This document shows, one piece after another, positions 12,901-23,170 of a stretch of DNA of 64,000 nucleotides. How positions within the stretch are numbered: the stretch's first letter is position 1; every line of letters starts with the position of its first letter. The stretch comes from Bugula neritina (taxonomy: Eukaryota > Animalia > Bryozoa). A program made the translations under genes and the position numbers. The notes beneath the pieces were generated by a model. That model made no database searches, was not told the origin of the DNA, and saw nothing but the letters and a program-made list of their open reading frames with translations. The DNA lies in contig OZ037770.1 in NCBI GenBank assembly GCA_964035545.1, forward strand, positions 5,590,729 to 5,654,728. The letters are read 5' to 3'.

Positions 12901-15900
12901 TGTGTGTGTTAGTTCCTAAATCTAAGAATAGATTGGAAATATGTGCTAACTTTCTATGTTGTGAAGGCAACTCCAAAATAATCAAATAGCAGCTTGTATT
13001 TGATAATCTTTACAAGAAACCAGGAAAACCAACCAGTGATGAAAGACTGTGTGCCTCACTATTCTGATAATTACATGAGTTATGCTGAGCAGTTGAGCCT
13101 TTCCTATTGTAAGCCAGTGAGCGTCTGTTAGGATTTCATCATGTCTAGAGACTTCACCCTAGACCAGCTCTCTAACCACTCATGACTAACCATTAGTGAC
13201 TAACCACTGACTGGCTTGTTATGACTGTAGAGTAAAGGGTGACTCACCAAGATGGCCGAGGTCAGACCTAATCATGCTGTCGGTTTTACTAGTCCTGCTG
13301 CTGAGAATCACATTGTCCAGAGAGGAGAGGTTCATAACTGAAGCCGACATGTTTATTCTGGGATCACTTTTAGAGAGAAGTTTCATAGCCTCTAAGTTAG
13401 CTCCTGCTAGCCGCCGGTTGGTGTTGTACATCGGGGGCTCCTCAAAAGGCACTAAATTATAGATAGTAGATCTCAACTGTAATTTCTTTATAACTGAGTT
13501 AGTATAACTCACCTACTAAGTAGTATAACTCACCTACTAATTAGTATAACTCACCTACCAAGTAGTATAACCCACCTACTAAGTTATTATAACCCACCTA
13601 CTAAGTTATTATAACCCACCTACTAAGTAGTATAACTCACCTACTAAGTAGTATAACCCACCTACTAAGTAGTATAAATCACCTACTAAGTAGTATAACT
13701 CACCTACTAAGTAGTATAACTCACCTACTAAGTAGTATAACCCACCTACTAAGTTAGCATAACTCACCTACTAAGTAGTATAACCCACCTACTAAGTTAA
13801 TATAACCCACCTACTAAGTTAGTATAACCCACCTACTAAGTTAGTATAACTCACCTACTAAGTTAGTATAACCCACCTACTAACTAGTATAACCCACCTA
13901 CTAACTAGTATAACCCACATACTAAGTAGTAAAACTCACCTACTAATTAGTATAACTCACCTACTAAGTAGTATAACTCACCTACTAAGTTAGCATAGCC
14001 CACCTACTAAGTAGTATAACTCACCTACTAAGTAGTATAACTCACCTACTAAGTAGCATAACTCACCTACTAAGTAGTATAACTCACCTACTAAGTAGTA
14101 TAACCCACCTACTAAGTTAGTATAACCCACCTACTAAGTAGTAGAACCCACCTACTAAAAGTGCATCGTGTGTGCTAAGTATATTAGCAGCGTCCTTGTG
14201 TGATGAGATGTTTGCCACGTCATACGCCGTCTGCTTAGCATTGTTGGTGACGTTCTTATCAGCGCCCCTCACCAACAGCGTTTGAAGGCACCTCAACTAA
14301 AGAAAAATTTCTATAATGCTAACTTCCAACACCGATTATGTTTAGTGGCCAGTTAAAAGTCCCTATGTATTATATAGGGATACAGCATTTCAAATTAACC
14401 GATGGTAATATTTTAAAGGTTAACACTTTAGAACGCATTATAAATATCAACTGTCATTTTCTAAAATAGTACTCTGCTATCAACACAAGAACGTATACAT
14501 ATGAATGGTGAAGAGGTACCTCGTTATTGAAAGCACTGATGTGCAGTGGAGTGGCCCCGGAGCCATTTTGATAATCCAGCTCGGCACCGTAAAATATTAG
14601 CATCTCCGCAACTTTGTAGTTCCCTATCTTACACGCCTGTATCAATACAAAACGTTATGACTTTCAGAAATGCAACTTAAAAAAAATAAATTGAGAAGGC
14701 AATGACCCAGCATATAATATAGGAGGGGCCACACGGAAATTAATGAGGACATTTATAAGAAAGGGGGCAACTCTAACAGACAATGTGACCAAACAAATAA
14801 ATATCCTGTAATAGCTGAACAAGTCACCAAATACCCTAATTATCTGCTAAATCATAGAGTCTATGAGTCGCACATGTATCAAACACCAACAATTAAAACC
14901 TATAAAACTATGAAAATCAGAATAATTCAATACCCTGTATCAGGGAGTCATTGATTAGAGACCTAACATGACACAAGTGTGCTATATTACGGGTTTGAAA
15001 CCCCGTACGGGCTGTTAATCACCCAACCACTCCTATGTTAAGACCTAACACTACGCTGCAGCATGACAAGAAGCACATCCTTGCCATTTACTGTCTCACA
15101 GGAAGTGTAACTGTAAACAAGCACACAGATACCTGATGGAGCTCGGTGTTTCCCTGCTCGTCCTTCACCCCGAGCCTAGCGTAGTCCCTCAACAGAAGTT
15201 CTGCACACAAAGCCGGGGAGTTCTTCTTCTTACACAGGTGAAAGAGAGGAGTCAAACCCATACTGTCCTTGTAGTTCGGACTGGCACCCAACTCTAGCAG
15301 TGCCTGTCATATAGCAGTGGGTAGAGTTTCAGTAACATGCATTACTACTATGCTGTACAGGTTCATTTTATACAATAAAAATTTTATTCTCATTTCACAT
15401 TATTTATTATATACTAATGAAGTATTACCAAAACAAAAACAAGAGTTTGTTAAATTTATAAGCATAGTGATTTTAGGGTATTCTGATTTCAAGTGTTGAG
15501 AAAAAAATGACTGCAAGGGGTTTTAAATAAATAATGGATAATGTCTACAATACAGGCAAAGTAAAAATTATAAGTTTTAAAACATAGAATTTTGATGGTA
15601 AACCGTAACCCTAAGACTAGGCATGTAAGCTGAACCCAAACAATAACTTGTCGGGCTGTAGGTAGACTGGTTAAAAGTAAAGCTGTAATACTTCCTTCAG
15701 CTAACTCTTATAGCCTTGCCCAATATGCATTTATATACTACTACTATGAGTGATACTAACACTTTGATAAAATAATCAATAATAATAAACTAACCAACAA
15801 TTTATTAAAAGTATACGAAAAAAGTTGATGTAAAGAGTTTACAGAGCTATAATAGTGCTTTTTACACTTTTTGCATCAATTATTTTAAGTAGTTGTTTTA

Positions 15901-18900
15901 CACTTAAACTTATGGGCAGACAACTCTAACTTATCCCTCCTACAAGTGAAATAAACTTTGACAGGGCAATAATTTAAATGCTATAAAATATTGCTATGCA
16001 AGGGTTTATTTTGGTTGTAGGAGGGATAAGTTAGAGTTGTCTGCCCATAAGTTCAAGTGTAGATCGACTACCTTCAACATTTACACTCTACAACTCATGA
16101 CAAACGTTTCCATTATCAATCTCAAGTGAATTACTCAACAGTTAACCTTCAACTGACCTTGATAGCCTCAGCGTTCCCATTTATAGCTGCTGTATGCACC
16201 GGGGTGAGAGACCGGTGGTTTCTAAAATCCAAGTGTGCCCCGCCGCTGACCAGTTGAAGGATCAAATTGCGGCAGCGGACTACTTTAGTGGCTATTGTCA
16301 GCGGAGTTTCTACAACAAAGAGAGAATCGCATGTCATAGAATTTTGCTAGTAGGAGAGTTGCTCATCAGTATAAAGAAGACAACTCCTGAGTATTATCAG
16401 GTGGTTTGAAGGTACACAAGTGGTGACAAGGTAGGTGCAGTAATGGAGAAATTGAGAAAAGCCCGTGTTCTAGATTCAAAATGTAGCAAAAGAAGTTATG
16501 CAACCCGCACCCCAAACCAAAATTTCGTATTAAAAGAACTTAGGCCATCTCACTTCCTCCACTACTGCTCCTGAGTGGCGTGGGCATACTACTACAGTTA
16601 CTACAGCATGAAGTATGAAAAACAACGTAAACAAATACTTAGCCAATAGTTTATATAATTCTAAAAGAGTAAATCAGATACAGTTGTCTAGTCTAATGGT
16701 TTTCAATGGCATAGTGTTTTAAATACAGCTCTATAAATAGCAAACAGGTAACTGTGTGGTTTCACTGCAGTCTCCAGTGATACATGACATTGCCATGGTG
16801 CATCTCACTAGGCATGACCAATTAGGGGTGGGAGTGAAACACACTCATCAGTGTGATTAACAGAAAAACAACAATTTGCAGCAAAAGATTAGATCAACTA
16901 TAGTAACGAGTACACCTTCATGCTATATTAATTATTTAATACTTTAAAAAAAAACTTGGACCAGAATTACATTAAATATATATCTATGTAGTTAATACTC
17001 TAGTATCTATGTCTATGTAGTTAATACTCTAGTATCTATATCTATGTAGATAATACTCTAGAGTCTAGTATATATGTCTATGTAGTTAAAACTCTAGTAT
17101 ATATGTCTATGTAGTTAATACTCTAGTATATATGTCTATGTAGTTAATACTCTAGTATATATGTCTATGTAGTTAATACTCTAGTATATATGTCTATGTA
17201 GTTAATACTCTAGTATATATGTCTATGTAGTTATTACTCTAGTATATATGTCTATGTAGTTAATACTCTAGTATATATGTCTATGTAGTTAATACCCTAG
17301 TATCTATGTCTATGTAGTTAATACTTTAGTATCTATGTCTATGCAGTTAATACTCTAGTATCTATGTCTATGTAGTTAATACTCTAGTATCTATGTCTAT
17401 GTAGTTAATACTCTAGTATATATGTCTATGTAAGTAATACTCTAGTATCTATGTCTATGTAGTTAATACTCTAGTATATATGTCTATGTAAGTAATACTC
17501 TAGTATCTATGTCTATGTAGTTAATACTCTAGTATCTATGTCTATGTAGTTAATACTCTAGTATATATGTCTATGTAGTTAATACTCTAGTATCTATGCC
17601 TATGTAGTTATTACTCACCCCCAGTACCGATGTCTATGAAGTTGGGGTCCAAGCCCTTTTCAACAAACCGGTTGGATTTCTCAACACTATTTCCTCTAAC
17701 TACGTCAAAGAAATGCTTGAGTGTACTCTGAAATTTTATAGCATATAAATTTATAGTTTTACAAATTCCGGGTAATTGCAATACGGGGATTCCAAACTGT
17801 TATCCGCTTACATTCAATTATTATTCAATTCACATTTTTGCTGAACTGAAGCTGCGCAGGTTAGTTCTGAAATTAAGTTTAGTAAAATAACAAATAAAAA
17901 TACTCATGGATATTTTTGACCAGCTAGCCTGCATTTATAATATGAATAAATACAAAAATATAATATATTTTACAAATCCATAAAATTGTCTTCCTGTACA
18001 AGTTAGACTTGTATAGAAAACTCCTCTTTCACCAAAAAATCTGCATAAGACATTATAACACCAGACTGCTTAAAGGTCAAAGGTTGAGCCACTCACCTAA
18101 TCATGTTATCCACAATAATATATTCAACACATCAAGAAAATAGGTTTTGGAATACAGTCATTATGCATGACTGGTTGACCACTAGACTAGTTTTTTGTTT
18201 ACCTACAGATTGTTTTTCAAAACAATCTCATTTAGTCATGGAATTTCTGTGATGAAAGAGCTACTGTAAGTCCACTAGACAAGCTGCAGTAAGGGGCGTA
18301 TACTGTGTACATACAATCCCCCCTCCCCCCTCTATCTCCTGGTGTCTTACCTTGTTGTGTAGCTGTCGGAGTTTCCGGAAGTTTATTTGCGACATCCTGT
18401 ATACTCGTCTCTTGTATTTGAACTCCAGCTGTCCAATGGGCCCTAAAGCAAGATGCAACACGTATGTCACATGACCTCACACGTCAAATAACTACACATG
18501 TCACATGACTAAGAGATTATTTCAGATCACGACTTGCTAAAGTATTACGTTTGATCACATAATTATAATAAGACAACTACTATTTTGTCAAATGATTACA
18601 CTTCATCACATGATCACACTATGTCACATGCCCACACTATGTCACATGGTCACAGTATGTCACATGACAGCCACACCAACTTCTCTATACCTGCTAATTT
18701 GTAGTCATCCAACGGCCGCTCCTCGTCAAGGAACTTGCCGGCCCGGCCACTCTGCGCTGACAGATAGAAGCCGTAGTTGAGAGAGTCAGCCAGCTGCTCG
18801 CTGAACTCATGCAGCACCAACCTCTTCGCCTCCCAGACATTCTCATCCGGGTCAAAGGTGAAACATTTCTAAACAAACATTACACATGTTTCAAGTACTA

Positions 18901-20793
18901 CACCCTCTGCCTTAGTTTACAAATTATCAGCATATTCAACAAAACAAAAAAACCTCTCCAAGAGTCTAAACAATATCTACAGTTGATGTTATTTTCAACA
19001 ATAAATTGTCAAATTAAATATCAATAACTCTGTCTTAATTAATATCTGTATTTAGTGAATCACATAACCAAATGTTGAACTAAGCATGTGTAGGAATATT
19101 ATGTATATTTATTTACATAATATTGTATTTAGTTTATATATTATGTATTCTAGTTTTCAATCAACAGATGAATTCAAAAGCTAAAATTAATTATCTCAAG
19201 CAATGTATACTGTACTATATTATTCACTGCAAACAGTTCAACTGGAAGAGAAAGTTGAAGCAGGTCCTTGTTATTTACCATTGACAATATTCAGCAGGAG
19301 TTAAGAGCTCTTCAGGTTTAGACAAGAAGGAAATATTACTACTATAATTCATCATCATTATTTCATTCACATAATCCCCTGCCCAGATCCTACTGTGTTA
19401 TGCAGATTAAAGGCTATTTATCTTCATAAAGTTCTGCAGTCTGAATATTATATGCTTTGTTTACTGCAACTGTCACTGTAGCCCTAGTAATATTACTGAA
19501 TAGTAAAGTAGCTGTGAGTACCAAGTGTGAGTACTGAGTAAGTACTGAGTGAGTACTGAATGAGTACTCACTCAGTACTGAATAAGTACCAAGTGTGAGT
19601 ACTGAGTACTGAGTGTGAGTATTGAGTACCTAGTGTGAGTATTGAATATGGACAGTAATAAATATAGCCTAGTTCCTCATAATATAAAGCTTCATATTAT
19701 TGCTGACTTTTCCAGAGAGTGAAAATCTAGTTTCTCTAAGTTAACAAGACAGGCTTGGCGGGTGACAATACTGGAAATGGCATGTGACAGGTGAGGCGAG
19801 GTGTGTGACAAGACAAGCAAGGTATGACAGGTGACGCAAGGTGTGTGGCAAAACATGTGTAGTCTATGACAAGACAAACATATTGTGTGACAGGTGATGC
19901 AAGGTATGTGACAGGTGATGCAAGGTGTGTGACAAGACATGTGTGGTATGTGACAGGTGAGGTGTGGTGTGTGATATGAAAGGTATGGCATGTGCAATAT
20001 CAAATGTGAAAAGGTAATGAATGAAAATTATTTCACACCAAAAGTTTGGCACAAAATTACTTGCTTTAGTATGAAGTTTAATTATTGAAATGTCACATGA
20101 AATGGCCTACTATTTAACTCAAAGGAATGGTGCACTATTGTATCTTCTGGTAATTATAATTCAAACCTGTTAACCAAACAGGCGGAATCTAATTCAACAA
20201 TCTAAATTTCAAATTCAGATTTTAATTATTTTGGCAAGAAGTCAAGATATTCGACTTGAATCAAAATAGAACAAATGGTTACAATTATAACCCAGCATTC
20301 TTAGCTATTCCACATCACCTGCTAGGTGTTGTCTATAGGGGCACCTGAGTGGAAATCATGTCACCTGCTAGGTGGCACTTGTATGAGTAACTCCCAAGTA
20401 AAGGCCTGTTGATTATAGTACACCATATGGTGAACTGAAGTACAACTAATGTATAACTATGACATAGTACCACAATGACATAGCTAAGAAATAATGTAGT
20501 ATAAATTTATGGTATAGCCATAGTATAACTATTCATTACAACTACACTATAACTATAATATCGCTGTGGTACCGCTATAGTATTACTATAGTATAGTGGT
20601 GTAGCTATGGTATAATATATAGCTGTCAACCTGCACTTACCTGCACATTAAAATCAGGGAAGAACACATTGACTTTGATATTGCCTTGCTCATCCTGAAC
20701 TAGGGGGGCAGGGCCCAGGGCACCCTCAAGGCTTGACATTATTATCTCCCCTGTAGCAGTTTCTGTAACTCTCTGCTGGCTTGGAGATACCAT
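1561..20793 (-). CDS. SHANK: SHANK/ProSAP-family scaffold protein (SH3 and multiple ankyrin repeat domains), multi-exon, 3' part beyond the window start
   Basis: Manually spliced exons 20793-20641, 18868-18691, 18442-18351, 17727-17619, 16309-16158, 15303-15133, 14636-14520, 14296-14152, 13451-13248, (12483-12436), 11472-11296, 6972-6871, (2163-1561). All have GT-AG ends and compatible phases. Translation gives hallmark Shank motifs LNYGFY...GRAGKFLDEER, LEFKYKRRVY, GLDPNF, GAHLDFR, LGASPNYKD, VPFEEPP.Y..RR and a split SH3. Confidence 0.95.
3125..3460 (-). mobile_element. Diverged SINE of the same superfamily, interrupted by a MITE
   Basis: Head gggagcgtcagtggtctagtggttagag and body ggtggtgtcacgaaaagcatcc. 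It resumes after the insert as ttgctcctaggc...ccatcaggggtt. Confidence 0.7.
3203..3340. mobile_element. Palindromic MITE (~45-bp arms ttgttctataagcagctc...)
   Basis: Long terminal inverted repeats. A second diverged copy lies at 54711-54838. Confidence 0.8.
3929..3976. repeat. (TA)n microsatellite
   Basis: Direct reading. Confidence 0.95.
5318..5523. repeat. Minisatellite, 22-bp unit (tattatagttatggtactctaa), ~9 copies
   Basis: Direct reading of the sequence. Confidence 0.9.
6871..6972 (-). CDS. SHANK: SHANK exon, second half of SH3 domain
   Basis: VLTVGDGGLWEGKVGDKEGWFSPDHVAEVKRQTN|gtaag. Confidence 0.92.
11296..11472 (-). CDS. SHANK: SHANK exon, first half of SH3 domain
   Basis: ...NTVPGKTFICTREYNSDANGHLRLSKGDLVT|gttag. 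Confidence 0.9.
12436..12483 (-). CDS. SHANK: Candidate 48-nt symmetric SHANK cassette exon
   Basis: tttctag|GA CTA TAC TTG CCC AGA TCA AGA TTG AGT TTA GCC AGT GCT CTG GGA G|gtaac (GLYLPRSRLSLASALG). Phase 1-1 and open. Confidence 0.5.
13248..13451 (-). CDS. SHANK: SHANK exon, post-ankyrin linker
   Basis: VPFEEPPMYNTNRRL...DLGHL|gtgagt. Matches the Shank VPFRETP.Y..RRR motif. Confidence 0.88.
13498..14158 (-). repeat. Minisatellite (21/22-bp unit TTAGTAGGTGRGTTATACTA[A]C, ~31 copies) derived from the SHANK exon/intron junction
   Basis: The first unit overlaps the exon end and donor at 14152/14151. The array fills most of the intron. Confidence 0.95.
14152..14296 (-). CDS. SHANK: SHANK exon, last ankyrin repeat
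   Basis: LRCLQTLLVRGADKNVTNNAKQTAYDVANISSHKDAANILSTHDALLV|gtgggt. Confidence 0.9.
14520..14636 (-). CDS. SHANK: SHANK exon, ankyrin repeats
   Basis: ACKIGNYKVAEMLIFYGAELDYQNGSGATPLHISAFNNE. Confidence 0.93.
15133..15303 (-). CDS. SHANK: SHANK exon, ankyrin repeats
   Basis: ALLELGASPNYKDSMGLTPLFHLC...CAELLLRDYARLGVKDEQGNTELHQ. Confidence 0.93.
15889..16071. mobile_element. Foldback MITE with ~57-bp near-perfect inverted arms
   Basis: tacacttaaacttatgggcagacaactctaacttatccctcctacaa versus ttgtaggagggataagttagagttgtctgcccataagttcaagtgta. TTAA-like flanks. Confidence 0.85.
16158..16309 (-). CDS. SHANK: SHANK exon, ankyrin repeats
   Basis: ETPLTIATKVVRCRNLILQLVSGGAHLDFRNHRSLTPVHTAAINGNAEAIK. 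Confidence 0.93.
16433..16572 (+). mobile_element. Short MITE family (TIR AGGTGCAGTAATGGAG); other copies ~1150-1300, 24145-24300(-), 26480-26615, 30785-30878, 45192-45275
   Basis: Shared core gtgttctaga...aatgtagca...cgcaccccaaa...aaagaacttaggc with ~16-bp imperfect terminal inverted repeats. Confidence 0.7.
16980..17618. repeat. Minisatellite, 29-bp unit (tatgtagttaatactctagtat[c/a]tatgtc), ~21 copies
   Basis: Tandem array abutting the SHANK donor site at 17618. Confidence 0.95.
17619..17727 (-). CDS. SHANK: SHANK exon, ankyrin region
   Basis: STLKHFFDVVRGNSVEKSNRFVEKGLDPNFIDIGTG|gtgagt. Confidence 0.92.
18351..18442 (-). CDS. SHANK: SHANK exon, end of SPN domain/linker
   Basis: GPIGQLEFKYKRRVYRMSQINFRKLRQLHNK|gtaag, phase 1 to 0. 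Confidence 0.93.
18691..18868 (-). CDS. SHANK: SHANK exon, SPN domain
   Basis: KCFTFDPDENVWEAKRLVLHEFSEQLADSLNYGFYLSAQSGRAGKFLDEERPLDDYKLA, phase 0 to 1. Confidence 0.93.
19510..20000. repeat. Two degenerate short-period arrays (gagtact-type 19510-19650; tgtgaca-type 19780-20000)
   Basis: Direct reading. These arrays generate the spurious His/Cys-rich ORFs at 19692-20052. Confidence 0.8.
20641..20793 (-). CDS. SHANK: SHANK first coding exon (start of SPN/FERM-N domain)
   Basis: MVSPSQQ...GNIKVNVFFPDFNVQ|gtaag. Acceptor ttgcag precedes 20835. Aligns to Shank VVRVGIPDLQQT. Confidence 0.8.
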
Positions 20794-22960
20794 GAATACA
20801 CTCGACTCACTCAGCTTCTATGGCAGGGGAACCGTCTGCAAGAATAAGACACATGCAAGAACTGACAATGGGTGTCATGCAGATCTGACACTGTGAACTT
20901 CTAACCACCAATTTCTGTGTGTAAACCAAATACAAAACCTAAAAGGGAAAAATTTAATTTTGCTATTGCAACACATTTCATAGCAATAAACGAAGAATTT
21001 TTATAATTATTCACTACCAAAGCTTATACCCATATTACAGAATAGAAATAAGCTTAACAAACCTAATAAATGCAAATGTTTTGTCCAAGCAGGTATAATA
21101 TAATTATGAATTTTGAAAGTGTTTCCCAACTAATAGATCAGCAGATGGAAGCTGCACTCCGTCAGCTTGATGATTCAATTACAAGTTACACTTATTATTA
21201 GCCTCCCTATAGCGGAGTAGAGAACCCCTTGGGAGTAGCTGTATAATATTGTGAACCCTCAACAACTCTCAGTCTCACATAATCAATTGTCACAGTCTAA
21301 GTGCATACTGCCATCACACTGTAAAGCCAGTATACCTATAGGGTAATATGTATACCTAGTATAGTATAAGTAACCAAAATAATTATGAATATGAGAAAAA
21401 CTAATATTAAGATAAATGCAAGTCTCATGTGTAATATTCTAATTTGGTAGGCCTGCCATTACCTACTACCTTTTAAAGTATAATTTTGTTACAAAAATTA
21501 TATTTGATGGTAAGTTTTAAAACTGTTAGTCACAGATGGTTTTAACTTAGAATTATTATACCTGGTGGCTATCTAAAACCTTATGGTAATCTCTCACCAC
21601 TCTTTAACACTGAAGCAAGTAAATAGATTAAGAAAAATTGTTTTTATTCAAGAAAAAGTTACAAAAAGTGATTAAAACTTACACTTTCACCAAAAATTCC
21701 ATTCCATACCAACATAATCAGACTTGTACAATGCAGACACTTTCTCTGTGCAATACAAGTTGATTCATAGAACAATAAAATAATTGTAAAGTATTACAAT
21801 ATGTGCATTGTGAGTCACTAGTGAGGGCTGCGTGATGCATTTCCTGTTAAATCATACTGTTAGGATACTAGAACTGCTCTATGGCTGGCGAAGCATAGCA
21901 GACATTTATTGCAGCACAAGGTAATGTAACCAAGAAATCCTTTGTGTTCAACAGAATGCCATATGATGCCTTTATAATGATAGATATTCTGAATTAGACA
22001 TCAAAAAGGTTGCCTCTAAAATTTTAGAAATAAATTAGAGATTTTCAAAATAATAATAATATAGAAAAGATAGGGAGTCTACAGTTATCAGAGCTCTAGA
22101 ATAGAACAGGTGAGAGTCTGATATGTTTACATCTGATAAAATGTCTTTCAAATAGCCCATTAATCATAATAATCACTTCTCAATACACTAGTTGATTACC
22201 CATCAGGAGCACATATTAGCCTGCAGTAAATTACAGCCTGAAGTTATCAAATCTCACTCTAAACTATAATAAAGCTTTACATTTTATGACTATGTAGTCA
22301 CTTTGCTGTATTATTATTATAAATTGTGGCTTGTATTTATTATAATAGCTCTGTTGTGAAAACACAGTTGTGGATGAAGCTATTATGTCATGGTCCTAAG
22401 TCTATATATAGAAGTGGTGAATAAGACACTGAGCTCTACAGGGTTAAATGATGTCACAATTGACTTCTTCATTTGAAGCCATCAATATCTTATTGATGAA
22501 TAATAAAGATATGCAACCTGGCAGATTTTATGTGGGAGGTTTATTCAACACCCTACCCCCCCCCCAACAATTAGCAATAAATAGAAGCTCTGGATCAAAG
22601 ACTATGACTAATGGCTGCCACCCTTAGAAACAGTAGGAGTGAGTTTAGACTGAGATTCTAAAGTTTAAATTATGAACCAAGAATTGAATCTAATTTTAGA
22701 TTTCAGATATTTGAAGCTTGTTATTTTCTAAATCAGAAAAGTTAATCAAAATACCTCAGTCTAGTAAATACATCACAGAATCAATTTGCGAAATCAAGTG
22801 CAGGAAATGTGAACTAGAAAGTTATTTTAAGACGAAAGTAATGAACTTTATAGAAATTCTCTAAATATGAGTAATGAATTAAATCTCAAAATCAAACCTT
22901 CAACTAAAAGCTAACAACTTAAACTAAGTCCTATCTACTCCTTACCACACTGACTGCATA

Positions 22961-23170
22961 ACTCACGCAAGTTTATAGTCATTATCCCTGTGAGAAACCC
23001 CTGGTGAAAGGGTTTATCAAAGCAGGCTAAGGACTTATTCAAATGGGGCACAGGAGCAATTATGACTGGATGCTCCTCCTAACATCACCAATGACCTTTG
23101 TAGGGTTCGAACCCATGATTTCGTGCTTACTAAGCCAAACACTGTAATCCCTATAGACCACTGCTTCTCC
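22961..23170 (-). mobile_element. tRNA-derived SINE, same family
   Basis: Colinear with 52551-52763. Confidence 0.88.

Noticed and set aside
13498-17618. Regular short repeats resembling CRISPR arrays
   Set aside because: No unique spacers and no cas genes; these are head-to-tail minisatellites in eukaryotic introns.
19692-20052. His/Cys-rich ORFs (CHTP repeats)
   Set aside because: Produced by a degenerate intronic tgtgaca repeat; no splice support.
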